This document shows, piece after piece, positions 1 to 10,099 of a stretch of 64,000 nucleotides of DNA (positions are counted from its first letter, which is position 1; every line of letters begins with the position of its first letter). Source of the stretch: Anaerolineales bacterium (GTDB lineage Bacteria > Chloroflexota > Anaerolineae > Anaerolineales > Villigracilaceae); NCBI GenBank assembly GCA_046328795.1, contig JAXLVX010000009.1, forward strand, positions 11,276 to 75,275, written 5' to 3'. The position numbers and the translations under genes are program-made. The notes under the pieces were generated by a model. The model was not told the origin of the DNA and did no database searches. It saw only the letters and a list, made by a program, of their open reading frames with translations.

Positions 1-468
1 GTACAGCGTGAAGAGATCGTTTTCATGTTCGATAACGATCAGGTTGCCATAGTAGTTTCGCCACGGACTATACACCGCCACATCATCGGGTCCCGCAAAG
101 ACGACAACTCCCTTCCCCGCCGCGTGGACTGGCGTGCCGAAAGGGTTGGAGAATTCCACTCCGTGATGCGGATCGCGCTTGCCATTCTCGGTGGAGGCGT
201 AGGGATAACTTCGATCCACCGAATTATTGTCGGGATAAAAAATGGGGAGCCGAAGGAGAAAGTGCCCGTCGGTGACGCAGAAGTCCGCAGTGCGGGGGTC
301 GCAGGGAATTTGAGTCGCGGTAGATGTTACTGTGGGAAGCAAAAGAATCGTCGGCGTCGACGTTGGAACGGAAGTCGCTGCGATTGGGGTTGGGGCAGAT
401 TCAACACTTTGCACCGGCGCGCATGCAGTGAGGATCAGCAAAATGAACGGAAGAATCTTTTTCAACAC
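1..468 (-). CDS. M23 family metallopeptidase lipoprotein, N-terminal part, frameshifted, runs off the window start
   Basis: Manual minus-strand reading gives KKILPFILLILTAC (lipobox), a Thr/Pro linker, DRSYPYASTENGKRDPHHGVEF, GTPVHA and YYGNLIVIEHENDLFTLY, which are M23 motifs split over frames. Confidence 0.7.
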   Translation of the reverse strand, partial: MLKKILPFILLILTACAPVQSVESAPTPIAATSVPTSTPTILLLPTVTSTATQIPCDPRTADFCVTDGHFLLRLPIFYPDNNSVDRSYPYASTENGKRDPHHGVEFSNPFGTPVHAAGKGVVVFAGPDDVAVYSPWRNYYGNLIVIEHENDLFTLY

Positions 469-490
469 GACGATTTCAAACGCTCTGCGA

Positions 491-2047
491 TTAGATCCCG
501 CCGCGTTCTTTCAACACTTCTCTAATTTCTTTTTCAAGGCTGTCGGCTTTGGCTTCAAGCTCGTAGAGTTCTTTCAACATTTTTCCGCCGGAGGAGGAAG
601 CCTCGCCAAGCGATTTGATGTTGATGCGAACATTGTACCCTGCGGCAGTGAGCGCGGCTCGACACATCGCAAAACCAGACATCGAATCGCTGACCGCGCT
701 GACCAGCCCATGTTTGGCGCACTTCAACGCAAGTTCCATCACTTTGACCACATCATCGGCAACGTGAAGAGGGACATTCGCGGCGTTGAGCGTCGCTTTG
801 TGGATGGCGGCAGAACGCGCGAGTTTTTGTTCGTCGGTCTCTTTGGGAAGTTTGAACGTCGCCATCAACACTTCAAAAGAGGAAGCATCGTCATCCACTG
901 CTTGCGTTAACTCTTTGCGATATTTTTCCGCCATCACGCGGATCGCCTGCATTTCGGCTTCCACCGACTCGTATTTCTTTTTGCCGATGGTGAGCCCTGA
1001 AACCATCGCGACCAGCGCGGCTCCGAGCGAACCGGCGTACGCGCCCGCAGAGCCGCCGCCGGGAGTCGGCGTGGGGGCGGCTAAGACGTCCACGAACGAG
1101 GCAGGCTGAGGAGAGAGAGAATCGGGAGAATTAGAGGATTGGAGATTGGAGACTGGAGATTGGTAAAGTCGTGATTCTAAAATCTGCGCTTTGTCGAATT
1201 GATCGAGTTGTGTGTACCAGACCGCCGCATCCACCAACGCTTCTTGCGGGATCAACCCGACGAGTTCGCAGTGATGAATGTTGACGCCGTATCGCTGCGC
1301 TTCGCGTCGAATGAATTCGACAACGCGCGCGATGGGCGTCTCGTGAAAGTTGGTGAGGTTCATCGAAACCTGCGCGCGACCATCCACGAGCAAGCCGAGA
1401 CCTTTGACGTAACGAAGTCCGCCCGATGAATGGCGCACCGCCTTGGCGATTTTTTTTGCAATGCTCACATCGTCGCTCGTGAGATAGACATTGAACGCGA
1501 TTAGCGGATTGCGCGCACCGATGACCGTTGCCCCCGCCTTCGGAAGTTTGCTCGGGCCAAAATCGGGTTTGCGATTCGGGTCGGATTCGATTTCGGTTTT
1601 GAGTCCCTCGTATTGCCCTTTGCGGATGTTTTCGAGATTGGCGCGTTCAGGACGCGTTGCCGCCACTTCATATAAATAGACGGGGATGCTGAGTTCGCCA
1701 GCGATGCGTTGACCAAGCCTCTGCGCGATCGCAACGCACTCGTCCATCGTCGCGCCGCCGAGCGGAACGAACGGAACAACATCCGTCGCGCCGATGCGCG
1801 GATGCTCGCCCGTGTGCGCGTCGAGGTCAATGAGTTCGGCGGCGGTCTTGATCGCGCGGAACGCGGCTTCTTCCACACCTGCTGGCGAACCAGCAAAGGT
1901 CAGCACCGTGCGATTGTGGTCAAGGTCGGAGGAACGGTCGAGGAGTTTCACCTCGCTGACCGCTTCGATGGCGGCGACGATCTGGTCTATCACTTCAGGT
2001 CGCCGCGCTTCGGAAAAGTTGGGGATACATTCGATGAGGGATGTCAT
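491..2047 (-). CDS. ftcD: Bifunctional glutamate formimidoyltransferase / formiminotetrahydrofolate cyclodeaminase
   Basis: ECIPNFSEARR, DHNRTV and GEHPRIGATDVVPFVP (FT domain) plus C-terminal PTPGGGSA and NVRINI (cyclodeaminase). Confidence 0.95.
   Translation of the reverse strand: MTSLIECIPNFSEARRPEVIDQIVAAIEAVSEVKLLDRSSDLDHNRTVLTFAGSPAGVEEAAFRAIKTAAELIDLDAHTGEHPRIGATDVVPFVPLGGATMDECVAIAQRLGQRIAGELSIPVYLYEVAATRPERANLENIRKGQYEGLKTEIESDPNRKPDFGPSKLPKAGATVIGARNPLIAFNVYLTSDDVSIAKKIAKAVRHSSGGLRYVKGLGLLVDGRAQVSMNLTNFHETPIARVVEFIRREAQRYGVNIHHCELVGLIPQEALVDAAVWYTQLDQFDKAQILESRLYQSPVSNLQSSNSPDSLSPQPASFVDVLAAPTPTPGGGSAGAYAGSLGAALVAMVSGLTIGKKKYESVEAEMQAIRVMAEKYRKELTQAVDDDASSFEVLMATFKLPKETDEQKLARSAAIHKATLNAANVPLHVADDVVKVMELALKCAKHGLVSAVSDSMSGFAMCRAALTAAGYNVRINIKSLGEASSSGGKMLKELYELEAKADSLEKEIREVLKERGGI
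1124..1166. repeat. In-frame 7-mer tandem repeat inside the ftcD interdomain linker
   Basis: Units such as TTGGAGA/CTGGAGA encode YQSPVSNLQSSNSP; the same unit family is intergenic at 14376-14449 and 48540-48591. Confidence 0.8.
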
Positions 2048-2048
2048 A

Positions 2049-2089
2049 GGATTTTCGATTTACGATTTCAGATTTTGGATTTTAGATTG
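2049..2089. repeat. 7-mer tandem repeat (GATTTTN) in the ftcD 5' leader
   Basis: gattttc gatttac gatttca gattttg gatttta gatt lies between a minus-strand TATAAT and the ATG. Confidence 0.85.
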
Positions 2090-2246
2090 CCAAGGGCAAT
2101 TATAGCGGTAGATTTTGTTTTCGGAATTACAGAATAATCCGTCAAACAGAACGGGTAATTTCTGACAAAACTCATACATAACCATCGGTAAAAATCACAA
2201 TGAGTATTTCGTCAATTGAGTAAATTAACTTTTACGAGGTGCATAC

Positions 2247-2663
2247 GTGAGTTCAAACAATTGGAATCAGGGGATCATTGACGAATTTCGAGCCAATCAA
2301 GGCAAAGTTGGGGGACGGTTTGAAGGGAAAACTTTACTTCTCTTACACACAACGGGCGCAAAGAGCCATAAGCCGCACATCAACCCGGCGGCATACGTGA
2401 AAGATGGAGACCGCTATGTGGTCATTGCATCCATGGGCGGCGCTCCAACCAACCCAGACTGGTATTACAACATTGTCGCCAATCCAGCCGTCACAGTGGA
2501 GGTGGGAACGGAAGAATTTCAAGCCAACGGCAAGGTGATCAAGGATGAGCCTGAGCGGACACGTCTCTATAACAAAATGGCGGACATGATGCCCGCTTTC
2601 AACGATTACCGCCAGAAAACATCGCGCGTCATCCCGGTCATTGTTTTGGAGCGCAAGCAATAA
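2247..2663 (+). CDS. Deazaflavin (F420)-dependent nitroreductase family oxidoreductase (Ddn/FDOR-A type)
   Basis: IIDEFRANQGKVGG, LLLHTTGAKS, ASMGGAPTNPDWYYN and RVIPVIVL. Confidence 0.9.
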   Translation: MSSNNWNQGIIDEFRANQGKVGGRFEGKTLLLLHTTGAKSHKPHINPAAYVKDGDRYVVIASMGGAPTNPDWYYNIVANPAVTVEVGTEEFQANGKVIKDEPERTRLYNKMADMMPAFNDYRQKTSRVIPVIVLERKQ

Positions 2664-2686
2664 AATTCTCCTCGGTGCGAACCATC

Positions 2687-2713
2687 CAACCTCCTGACTT
2701 TGTCGGGAGGTTG
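2687..2713. terminator. Hairpin, probable terminator
   Basis: caacctcctgac-ttt-gtcgggaggttg inverted repeat after the stop codon. Confidence 0.5.
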
Positions 2714-2787
2714 TGCATTTAAGCCAATTTATCGCGTAGGGAAGTAGTACAATCAAGAAAATCAACCTAGGCACAAGGAGCAAATTG

Positions 2788-3192
2788 ATGTCCACAGAAG
2801 AAAACAAAACTCTCGTTCATCGCCTTTTCAACGAAGAATTCAACAAATTGAATTCGACAGTCATCGAGGAAATCGTCGCCGCCGATTACATTGATCATAG
2901 CGCCATACCTGCTCCTGTACCCGGCGTGGAAGGATTCAAAAAGCGCACCGCCATGTTGCGGGCGGCGTTCGCTCCCAAAATGTCGTTTGGTGAATTCCTT
3001 GCAGAAAACGACCTAGTCGCTTTTTCGTGGACAATGGATGGAGTTCACCAAGGTGCATTCGCAGGCGTGCAACCCACAGGCAAAAAAATAATGGTATCGG
3101 GCATCAATATCGAGCGGATGAAAGACGGAAAGGTCATCGAACATTGGAGTCATTTTGATATGGCTGGTTTGATGAAACAGATCAACACATAA
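2788..3192 (+). CDS. SnoaL-like ester cyclase family protein
   Basis: MSTEENK, GVHQGAFAGVQPTGKKI and DGKVIEHW; SD AAGGAG upstream. Confidence 0.9.
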   Translation: MSTEENKTLVHRLFNEEFNKLNSTVIEEIVAADYIDHSAIPAPVPGVEGFKKRTAMLRAAFAPKMSFGEFLAENDLVAFSWTMDGVHQGAFAGVQPTGKKIMVSGINIERMKDGKVIEHWSHFDMAGLMKQINT

Positions 3193-3332
3193 CCATGGTG
3201 CATAGATGATCGGGGGTTGAAACGATCGTTTGGAGAAACATCCAAAGGCATAAAGAGCCACGAGAAGGTTGGTGCATGACCATTAATAGGGGTAAATTTT
3301 CGTAAATTGTTCGATGGTATAATCCCGCCGAT

Positions 3333-4490
3333 ATGTCCTTAGAACCTTCATCACAAAAATCACAGATCTGCCCCACGTGTGGAACGCGCTTGAGCGAGAA
3401 CGCTACGCGCTGTCTCGTGTGCGGGACGGAACTTAAAACAAAAGCCGCAACCAAAGCGAAAAAAGCGGATACGGTCGTGCAAGCCAGCCGCATGCCCGAA
3501 GTGACGCTCAGCCTGCCTGCCGCGCTTGCCGCGCTCGTCATCGTGCTGTTGATCGGCGCGGTCGGCGTATATTTTATTCTTTCGTCCGGCGCAACGGGCA
3601 CGTCAATTGTGACGCCGACAGCCGAAGGCACGACGACAGCCACCGCCACGATCACGCCTACCCCAACAGAACTTCCGACCGGCACGCCAATTCCTACCGA
3701 AACGCCATTGCCTCCATTCGATTACAAAGTGCGCGAGGGTGAAACGTGCGGAGTGATCGCCGCGAACCTCAAAGTGTCGGTGCAAAGTATCATCATCACA
3801 AATCAACTTTCATCCGAATGTTTTGTATCGGTGGGACAAACATTGAAGATTCCATATCCCACCTCCACGCCTGCGCCGCCGCCGACGGAAATTCCCAACG
3901 AGGCGACGCAAACTGCGCAGGCTTGTGAAAAAGTGGTGTACACCGTTCAAGCGAATGACACGCTTTCCAGCATCGCGGCAAATTACAACGTCCCGCAAGA
4001 TGCGATCAAGTTTTACAATGGACTCTCATCGGATAATGTTTTACTTGGAACGACATTGGTTGTTCCTCTTTGTGAACGATTCGCCACGCCGGGACCGACT
4101 CCCACGCCGACGCTTCCGCCTCCCTACCCCGCCCCGAACCTGCTCCTCCCAGCGGATGGCGCCGCGTTCACGTTAGCCAACGACGTGGTCACACTGCAAT
4201 GGGCGTCTGTGGGAACTCTGCGCGATAACGAAAGATATCAAGTCATCATCGAAGATGTGACCACCGGCGAATTGCGCATCACCGATTACGTGACCGACAC
4301 GAAATACATCGTGCCGACATCCTTCCGCCCGAACGATAACCTCGCGCACCTGATCCGTTGGTGGGTAACGACGGTCCGGCAGAACGGCGTGGACGAGCAA
4401 GGTCAGCCCGTGTGGGTCTCCGCTGGCGCGGTCAGCGATAAGCGCGCCTTCACGTGGGTTGGAGTGGCAGTGCAAACGCCGAAGCCGTAG
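3333..4490 (+). CDS. Membrane-anchored LysM peptidoglycan-binding protein with N-terminal zinc ribbon
   Basis: CPTCG..CLVCG, a TM helix, Thr/Pro linkers, two LysM repeats (YKVREGET, YTVQANDTLSSIA) and a C-terminal beta domain. Confidence 0.85.
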   Translation: MSLEPSSQKSQICPTCGTRLSENATRCLVCGTELKTKAATKAKKADTVVQASRMPEVTLSLPAALAALVIVLLIGAVGVYFILSSGATGTSIVTPTAEGTTTATATITPTPTELPTGTPIPTETPLPPFDYKVREGETCGVIAANLKVSVQSIIITNQLSSECFVSVGQTLKIPYPTSTPAPPPTEIPNEATQTAQACEKVVYTVQANDTLSSIAANYNVPQDAIKFYNGLSSDNVLLGTTLVVPLCERFATPGPTPTPTLPPPYPAPNLLLPADGAAFTLANDVVTLQWASVGTLRDNERYQVIIEDVTTGELRITDYVTDTKYIVPTSFRPNDNLAHLIRWWVTTVRQNGVDEQGQPVWVSAGAVSDKRAFTWVGVAVQTPKP

Positions 4491-4525
4491 AGTCAGCCCG
4501 AAAGTCCGAAATGAACCGGAATTTC

Positions 4526-4555
4526 ATCCCCGACAAGCCAGTCGGGGATTTTTTG
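4526..4555 (+). terminator. Rho-independent terminator
   Basis: atccccgac-aagcca-gtcggggat followed by a T-run. Confidence 0.75.
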
Positions 4556-4559
4556 TGCC

Positions 4560-4615
4560 TTGACAGAATCGAAATCCTGATTAAAATATTCGCATTATTC
4601 AATTTCTCGAATAAT
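4560..4615 (+). promoter_or_regulatory. Sigma70-type promoter with adjacent inverted-repeat operator upstream of the ArsR gene
   Basis: TTGACA(4560)-16 nt-TAAAAT(4582), then ATTATTC-N8-GAATAAT (4594-4615). Confidence 0.65.
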
Positions 4616-4635
4616 TCAATTCCTTGGAGAGAAAA

Positions 4636-5739
4636 ATGGCGCCATTTGCTATCACACTAGAAAAAACCCGAAGCGATGAAAAACTGATACGAGTTGAGCC
4701 AGCCCTGAACGCGTTCGGGAGCATGTTGCTCACATCGAAAGAAGATGAACAGCCCGGGCTCCACGAGTGGGTCACGAAAACCCGCATGGCGATGTCTGCC
4801 GAGGAACTCTTCCGCCACAAATTGGTGTTGATCGGATTTCATTATTCGGTTCTGCCGAAGACTGCCGGGGCGTCTTTTGAATCGTATTTGGAAAGCCTCG
4901 ATGCCACTCCCCCTTCCGAGTTCCGCGAGAAACTGTTGAACGCTTACACCAAAATGTGCTTCACCGATGAGTCGCGCGGACTGGCGGGCCAGCCGGTGGA
5001 TTGGGATGAAGTGCTTTCCTCGGCAAAGAATTATGTTGAATTTCTGCGTTTCCGCTTCGGCGACAAACTGACCGATGTAGACGTTGAAACCCGCGCCTAC
5101 GAATATGTGATTGACCCTGCCGCTCTCAAACAATTGATCACCGGTCACATCCGCTGGTTTTGGAAGAATCACTTGCAAGCCGAATGGACGCGCGTGCGCC
5201 CAATGTTGGAAGAATCGGCGAAAGCCTTCAATAAACTCGAACTCGCCGATATGACCCGCGCCGACCTGATCAAATTCATCACCGGCAAGGGCGTCGAGGA
5301 AGATAAATGGGAAGGCGAGTATGAGAAGGCGAAGGAATTGATCTTCATCCCCAACGCTCACCTCGGACCGTATATCCGCGCCGCCAAGATCGGCGAGAAT
5401 TTCTACATTTATTTTGGCGCTCGCACGCCCGAAGGCTCTGACGTGAAGATTCCCGACCTCGATCGCGCGGAGATCGTCTCGCGGCTTTCGGCTCTGTCAG
5501 ACGATACCCGCCTCAATATTCTGCGGATGATCGCGGAAAACGGCGAAATGCGCGCGCAAGAAATCATTGACGCGATCAGCCTCAGCCAGCCAAGCGTATC
5601 GCGTTATCTTTCACAACTTACTGCCACAGGCTATTTGCAAGAGAGGAGAGAAGGCGGAGCGAAAGTATATTCATTAAGCAAGGATCGTATTGAGAAAACG
5701 CTCAAGGCGGTTAACGCCTTTTTACTGGGAAGTTCGTAA
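4636..5739 (+). CDS. ArsR/SmtB family transcriptional regulator with long N-terminal domain
   Basis: C-terminal ALSDDTRLNILRMI..LSQPSVSRYLSQL..G winged HTH; SD GGAGA before ATG 4636. Confidence 0.85.
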   Translation: MAPFAITLEKTRSDEKLIRVEPALNAFGSMLLTSKEDEQPGLHEWVTKTRMAMSAEELFRHKLVLIGFHYSVLPKTAGASFESYLESLDATPPSEFREKLLNAYTKMCFTDESRGLAGQPVDWDEVLSSAKNYVEFLRFRFGDKLTDVDVETRAYEYVIDPAALKQLITGHIRWFWKNHLQAEWTRVRPMLEESAKAFNKLELADMTRADLIKFITGKGVEEDKWEGEYEKAKELIFIPNAHLGPYIRAAKIGENFYIYFGARTPEGSDVKIPDLDRAEIVSRLSALSDDTRLNILRMIAENGEMRAQEIIDAISLSQPSVSRYLSQLTATGYLQERREGGAKVYSLSKDRIEKTLKAVNAFLLGSS

Positions 5740-5764
5740 CTGTTCCAACCGAAGGAGAATTTCG

Positions 5765-6007
5765 ATGAACTACTGGAATGATGAAAAAACAGCGGAATAT
5801 AACCGCCAGCGAATAGCGGAAGAAATGTCTCTCATTCACTTTGAGCAAAAGCAACACCGCGCCCGCGTCTACCGCCCGGGACGGTTTGAACTGACCATGC
5901 TCCGCTTTGCCAATTGGATGATCGCCACCGGCAAAGAACTTCGCAAACGATATGAGATCCCCGCCGTGAATTGCGACAAACGCCCGACCAATTCATTTGC
6001 CCGCTAA
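5765..6007 (+). CDS. Small hypothetical protein (80 aa)
   Basis: AAGGAG SD; lies between the ArsR and MFS genes in one apparent operon. Confidence 0.6.
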   Translation: MNYWNDEKTAEYNRQRIAEEMSLIHFEQKQHRARVYRPGRFELTMLRFANWMIATGKELRKRYEIPAVNCDKRPTNSFAR

Positions 6008-6020
6008 TGTACGGAGCAGA

Positions 6021-7268
6021 ATGATCAATCCATTCAAAAACGCTGGAAAAATATTCAACGAATATCCGCGCGCGTTCTGGGTCTATAACATCGTCGTCTT
6101 CATAGACAGGCTTGGCGGATTCATGCTCTTTCCGTTCTTCGCCTTGTACCTCACCCAAAAATTCGACATCGGCATGTCCACCGTTGGTATTCTCTTCGCG
6201 ATATTTTCAGTATCAGGTTTTGCGGGGAGCGCGATCGGCGGCGCGTTAACAGACCGCATGGGACGCAAGAGCGTTCTCATCGCCAGCCTCTTGTTGTCTT
6301 CGCTGAGCGCGCTTGGAATGGGATTCGCGCCCACGCTGACGATCTTCGCCGCAGTGGCAGTGATCGTCGGAACACTGGGGCAGATCGGAGGTCCCGCGCA
6401 TGAAGCGGTGGTGGCAGACCTCCTTCCCGAAAAGAAACGCGCCGAAGGCTATGGCATCATCCGCGTGGTGTTTAATCTTGCGGTTATCATCGCGCCACCA
6501 ATCGCGGGGTTGCTCATCACCAACTCGTACACCACCCTCTTCATCGTGGACGCGGTCATCAGCGTCATCGCCGCGAGCGTCGTCTTTTTCGCATTGCCTG
6601 AAACAAAGCCGCAAGCGCATCCCAACGCAAAGCCCGAAACAATGAGGCAGACTTTCGCAGGCTATGGACGCGTCTTTCGCGACCGACCGTTCGTGCTTTT
6701 CATCGGCGTCACGATCTTGATGACGCTGGTCTACATGAACATGAATTCGACGCTCGGCGTCTTCTTGCGCGATGAACGCGGCTTGCCCGAACTTGGCTAC
6801 GGCGCGCTGATCAGCATCAATGCCATTATCGTCGTCGCGCTCCAATTCTGGCTCACGCGCCGACTCGAAAAATACAAGCCGTTGATCATGATGGCGATCG
6901 GCACATTCCTGTACGCGATCGGCTTTGCCATGTATGGTTTCATTGATGGCTTTCCGCTTTTCACTGTGGCAATGATCGTCATCACCATCGGCGAAATGGT
7001 CGTCGCGCCGTTCCAGCAATCGCTGGTCGCCAGCTTCGCGCCCGAAGATATGCGCGGACGCTACATGGCGGTCTCAGGGCTCACGTGGGGCATGGCATTT
7101 GCGATCGGTCCCTATTTTGCAGGGCTTCTGCTCGATAGCGCGAATCCAAATCTCTTATGGGTCGCGTGCGGATTCATCGGATTGCTGGCGACATTCGGAT
7201 TTCTCTCGCTCAACAAAGTTCATCACGCTTCTGCCCCATCCGCAGAACCCGCCGCCGCTACGGATTAA
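6021..7268 (+). CDS. MFS transporter
   Basis: About 12 TM helices, motif A GGALTDRMGRKSVL and APEDMRGRY. Confidence 0.95.
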   Translation: MINPFKNAGKIFNEYPRAFWVYNIVVFIDRLGGFMLFPFFALYLTQKFDIGMSTVGILFAIFSVSGFAGSAIGGALTDRMGRKSVLIASLLLSSLSALGMGFAPTLTIFAAVAVIVGTLGQIGGPAHEAVVADLLPEKKRAEGYGIIRVVFNLAVIIAPPIAGLLITNSYTTLFIVDAVISVIAASVVFFALPETKPQAHPNAKPETMRQTFAGYGRVFRDRPFVLFIGVTILMTLVYMNMNSTLGVFLRDERGLPELGYGALISINAIIVVALQFWLTRRLEKYKPLIMMAIGTFLYAIGFAMYGFIDGFPLFTVAMIVITIGEMVVAPFQQSLVASFAPEDMRGRYMAVSGLTWGMAFAIGPYFAGLLLDSANPNLLWVACGFIGLLATFGFLSLNKVHHASAPSAEPAAATD

Positions 7269-7304
7269 TCCTCCTCAGCGAGGACTCCTCACTTTTGGGA
7301 CAGG

Positions 7305-7334
7305 TCTAACGCATGGACCTGTCCCAACTTTTTT
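7305..7334 (+). terminator. Rho-independent terminator
   Basis: ttgggacaggtc..gacctgtcccaa followed by a T-run. Confidence 0.7.
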
Positions 7335-7507
7335 AAACGCTTCGCCCTCGACGGGATACCTGATTCGCCTCTCTTCGGCTTTAGCCACCAATGTGAAGGG
7401 CAACCTCGCCTGCGCCTGGTTTACAACAACATGATCCGCATATAAAATCAATGCAATGGACAGAACCACAAGGAAAATAGAAACCGTCCCGCAGGTTGAT
7501 TAAAGTT

Positions 7508-7558
7508 GTAGTAACGACTTCAGTCGTTCGGCAATAGGGCGACTGAAGTCGCCACTAC
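7508..7558. repeat. GTAG-headed REP doublet, family 1
   Basis: GTAGTAACGACTTCAGTCG..CGACTGAAGTCGCCACTAC; copies at 13684, 15664, 22661, 55768 and 56342. Confidence 0.9.
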
Positions 7559-7576
7559 GAAAAAAAGGAATCACAC

Positions 7577-8330
7577 ATGGACATCCGCACCTACAACCGC
7601 GAAGCATGGAATCGCGAAGTCGCATCGAATAATCGCTGGTCGCAACCCGTAAGCCGCGAAGTGATCGAGAAAGCAAAACACGGCGAGTTTGGAATCTTGC
7701 TGACGGAAAATATCACCGTCCCTCAGCGTTGGTTTCCTCCGCTCAAAGGCGCGGATGTGTTATGCCTCGCCAGCGGAGGCGGTCAGCAGTAATCCCATTC
7801 CAGCAAGTGCTTCGCGCAACGTGACCGTCTTCGACAACTCCCCTGCTCAACTCAAACAAGACACGCTCGTTGCCGAACGCGAAGGCTTGACGCTCAAAAC
7901 CGTCGAAGGCGACGCGGCGGATTTGTCTGCGTTTGCGGATGAATCGTTCGATCTGATCTTCAACCCCTGTTTCAACCGTTTTCATGCGGTGATGTTCAAA
8001 AGCGGTATGGAAAGAATCACTTCCGCGTTCTTCGTCGGCTTTGCGGGCTTTGTCGACAGGTCACATCAACCCGTCCATCAGCGATATTTGACTCAGGCCG
8101 TACCGGATATGGCACCAGTCGCGCAATCATCCCCAATTCCCGATGACCAGGCCTGAAAGAACACCCGGACGAGTATCCTGCATATCATCCCCCAACTGGT
8201 CACCGCTGACCGATCCTGTCGGATATTCAACGCGCAGATCCGTTCATCACCGAACTGTACGATGATCGATCTGTCGCCGGCAGCGATCATCCGGAACTAC
8301 CGCCGCCGCGGGCGAAGATGCAACGTTGAA
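7577..8330 (+). CDS. Class I SAM-dependent methyltransferase, frameshifted with a garbled 3' half (end approximate)
   Basis: [15 protein letters not shown] motif, [11 protein letters not shown] and [10 protein letters not shown]; traces such as NPVH and FITELYD continue out of frame. Confidence 0.75.
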
Positions 8331-10099
8331 GTGCGTGCCGTTCAGTACCCGTCTGCTGGGCGCACCCGGCGACAACAACAGCAAGAGAAAGAACATGAAC
8401 AAAACATCCCGGCGACCGCAAGAGAGCCGAAGTCGCCGAGTTATCTGGCCAACCCGATCAGATCCATCCGTTTATTCGGTTTTGCGTCCTTTCGTCGACA
8501 AGCAAGATGCGCAGCTGATGCTGGCCTGCGATCAGACGACGATGCGCGTATTGATGAATCTTATGGACGATAAGAGATCATATTGATGTCGAACTCAACA
8601 GCCTCCACGCAAACCACCAAAGCCTGCGTGATAACGATATCGAAGAACATAGGCGCGCGAGATAATGGTCGCAGAGCAGTTCTCAGAAAAATCATTAACC
8701 AGTACCGCCAGCAACGGAAGCCATTCGCCAGGCCAGAACAAAAGCGAAAACTCGCTGATAAAATCAGTTCGGTTTTCGCATGTACCACCGGGCAGGCTGG
8801 AATGGGCTTACCGCAAAAAGAAGAGGATCCAAGGTTTTACCATCCGATGCCGTTGAGGAAATTCGAAGCTGTAAGAAGGCACTGTTTGCGATAACGAAAC
8901 CTTTTCCGCCAATCAAGATCGAGAGGAGTACCCAAACGGCTCGAATGAATATCGAATACCCGTGACAAGGCCGCAGGCCAGTGCGGCGCGATCACGTAAA
9001 CAGCGAATCTAAACTCGAAGTGGTCCCAAGAGCAGAACCCTGTTTAAAATAAAGGTGGCGGGGAATTACCATTAAATCGAATTTAGAAAATATATTTTGA
9101 ATTGAAGATGAACATCTTAATTTCTTCCTCATCATAATGGCATAACGAGCCAGAAAACTGAAGAAACTGGATAGAACAAATCAATGTGTCACCAGGAGTA
9201 TTCAACGAGCCGTTTAACGATTTCATTTTTGAAACCTATAATAATTTAAACGAATAATCTTTTGTACCGTCAAAATAATAAGAACGTCACGATAACGTCG
9301 CCGAAGTCGCGGTAGTCTACTCCACCGAAGCCAGAACAAACCAAACTTGAATCCAGTATACAGACCGGTGACCAAAGTTTGATGTTCCAAGTCGCCAGAG
9401 GAATGGACGCAATATTTAACGGTACCAGTGAATAACGTCAACGGTAATATAGAAGACGAAACAAAATGACAGGTTATTTATAATAGACTTGCTCAATTAA
9501 TATCCATCCTGTTGCCGATAAAGGAACCACAAGGTTTGTTCATCTAAAACAGATTATTTGATCCATCAAGTGAGTTGTGAAAACGGTTGTTGAAGTAAAT
9601 ATCATCCCGTTCAAATGATTCATTGAGACAACGAATGGGTGATCCTTTCACGAGCAAAATTGAAAAAATTAGAGGCCGGCGATTGAGCCGAAGCCAATCT
9701 GGCGTATTTAGGAGAAGTCAGAGGCATAACTAGGTGAAATGATAGCCAAGATCAAAACCTTATGTGGTTCCTAGGTGAAAGAAAATTAGAACAACGTAGG
9801 CCTTGAATATCGACCTTGCATATAACCGGGAAACATGGAATATGACCCAAGAAACGGGAATTTTCGATTGTAAAAACCTTTCATAATTTGCATCAGCAAC
9901 AACATAAAACAAGAGATTATAATAAAGCAACCAGAAAAGATCGGATCACTAATGAATGGAGAAATCTTGAGTTCCGTGTGTTCAATATATCATCTTGGTG
10001 ATGGTTTTGTTTTGTTCTTGTTCTTTAGTGAATTCCAGGATTCAGCACACAGGGACGAGTGCGATAAGTCTCTTATCTACTCCAGCAATCTTCCCCAAC

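Noticed and set aside
8455-8565. Fic domain (IHPF..RVLMNL-like fragments)
   Set aside because: The spacing is too long, the GNGR core is absent and the region is garbled
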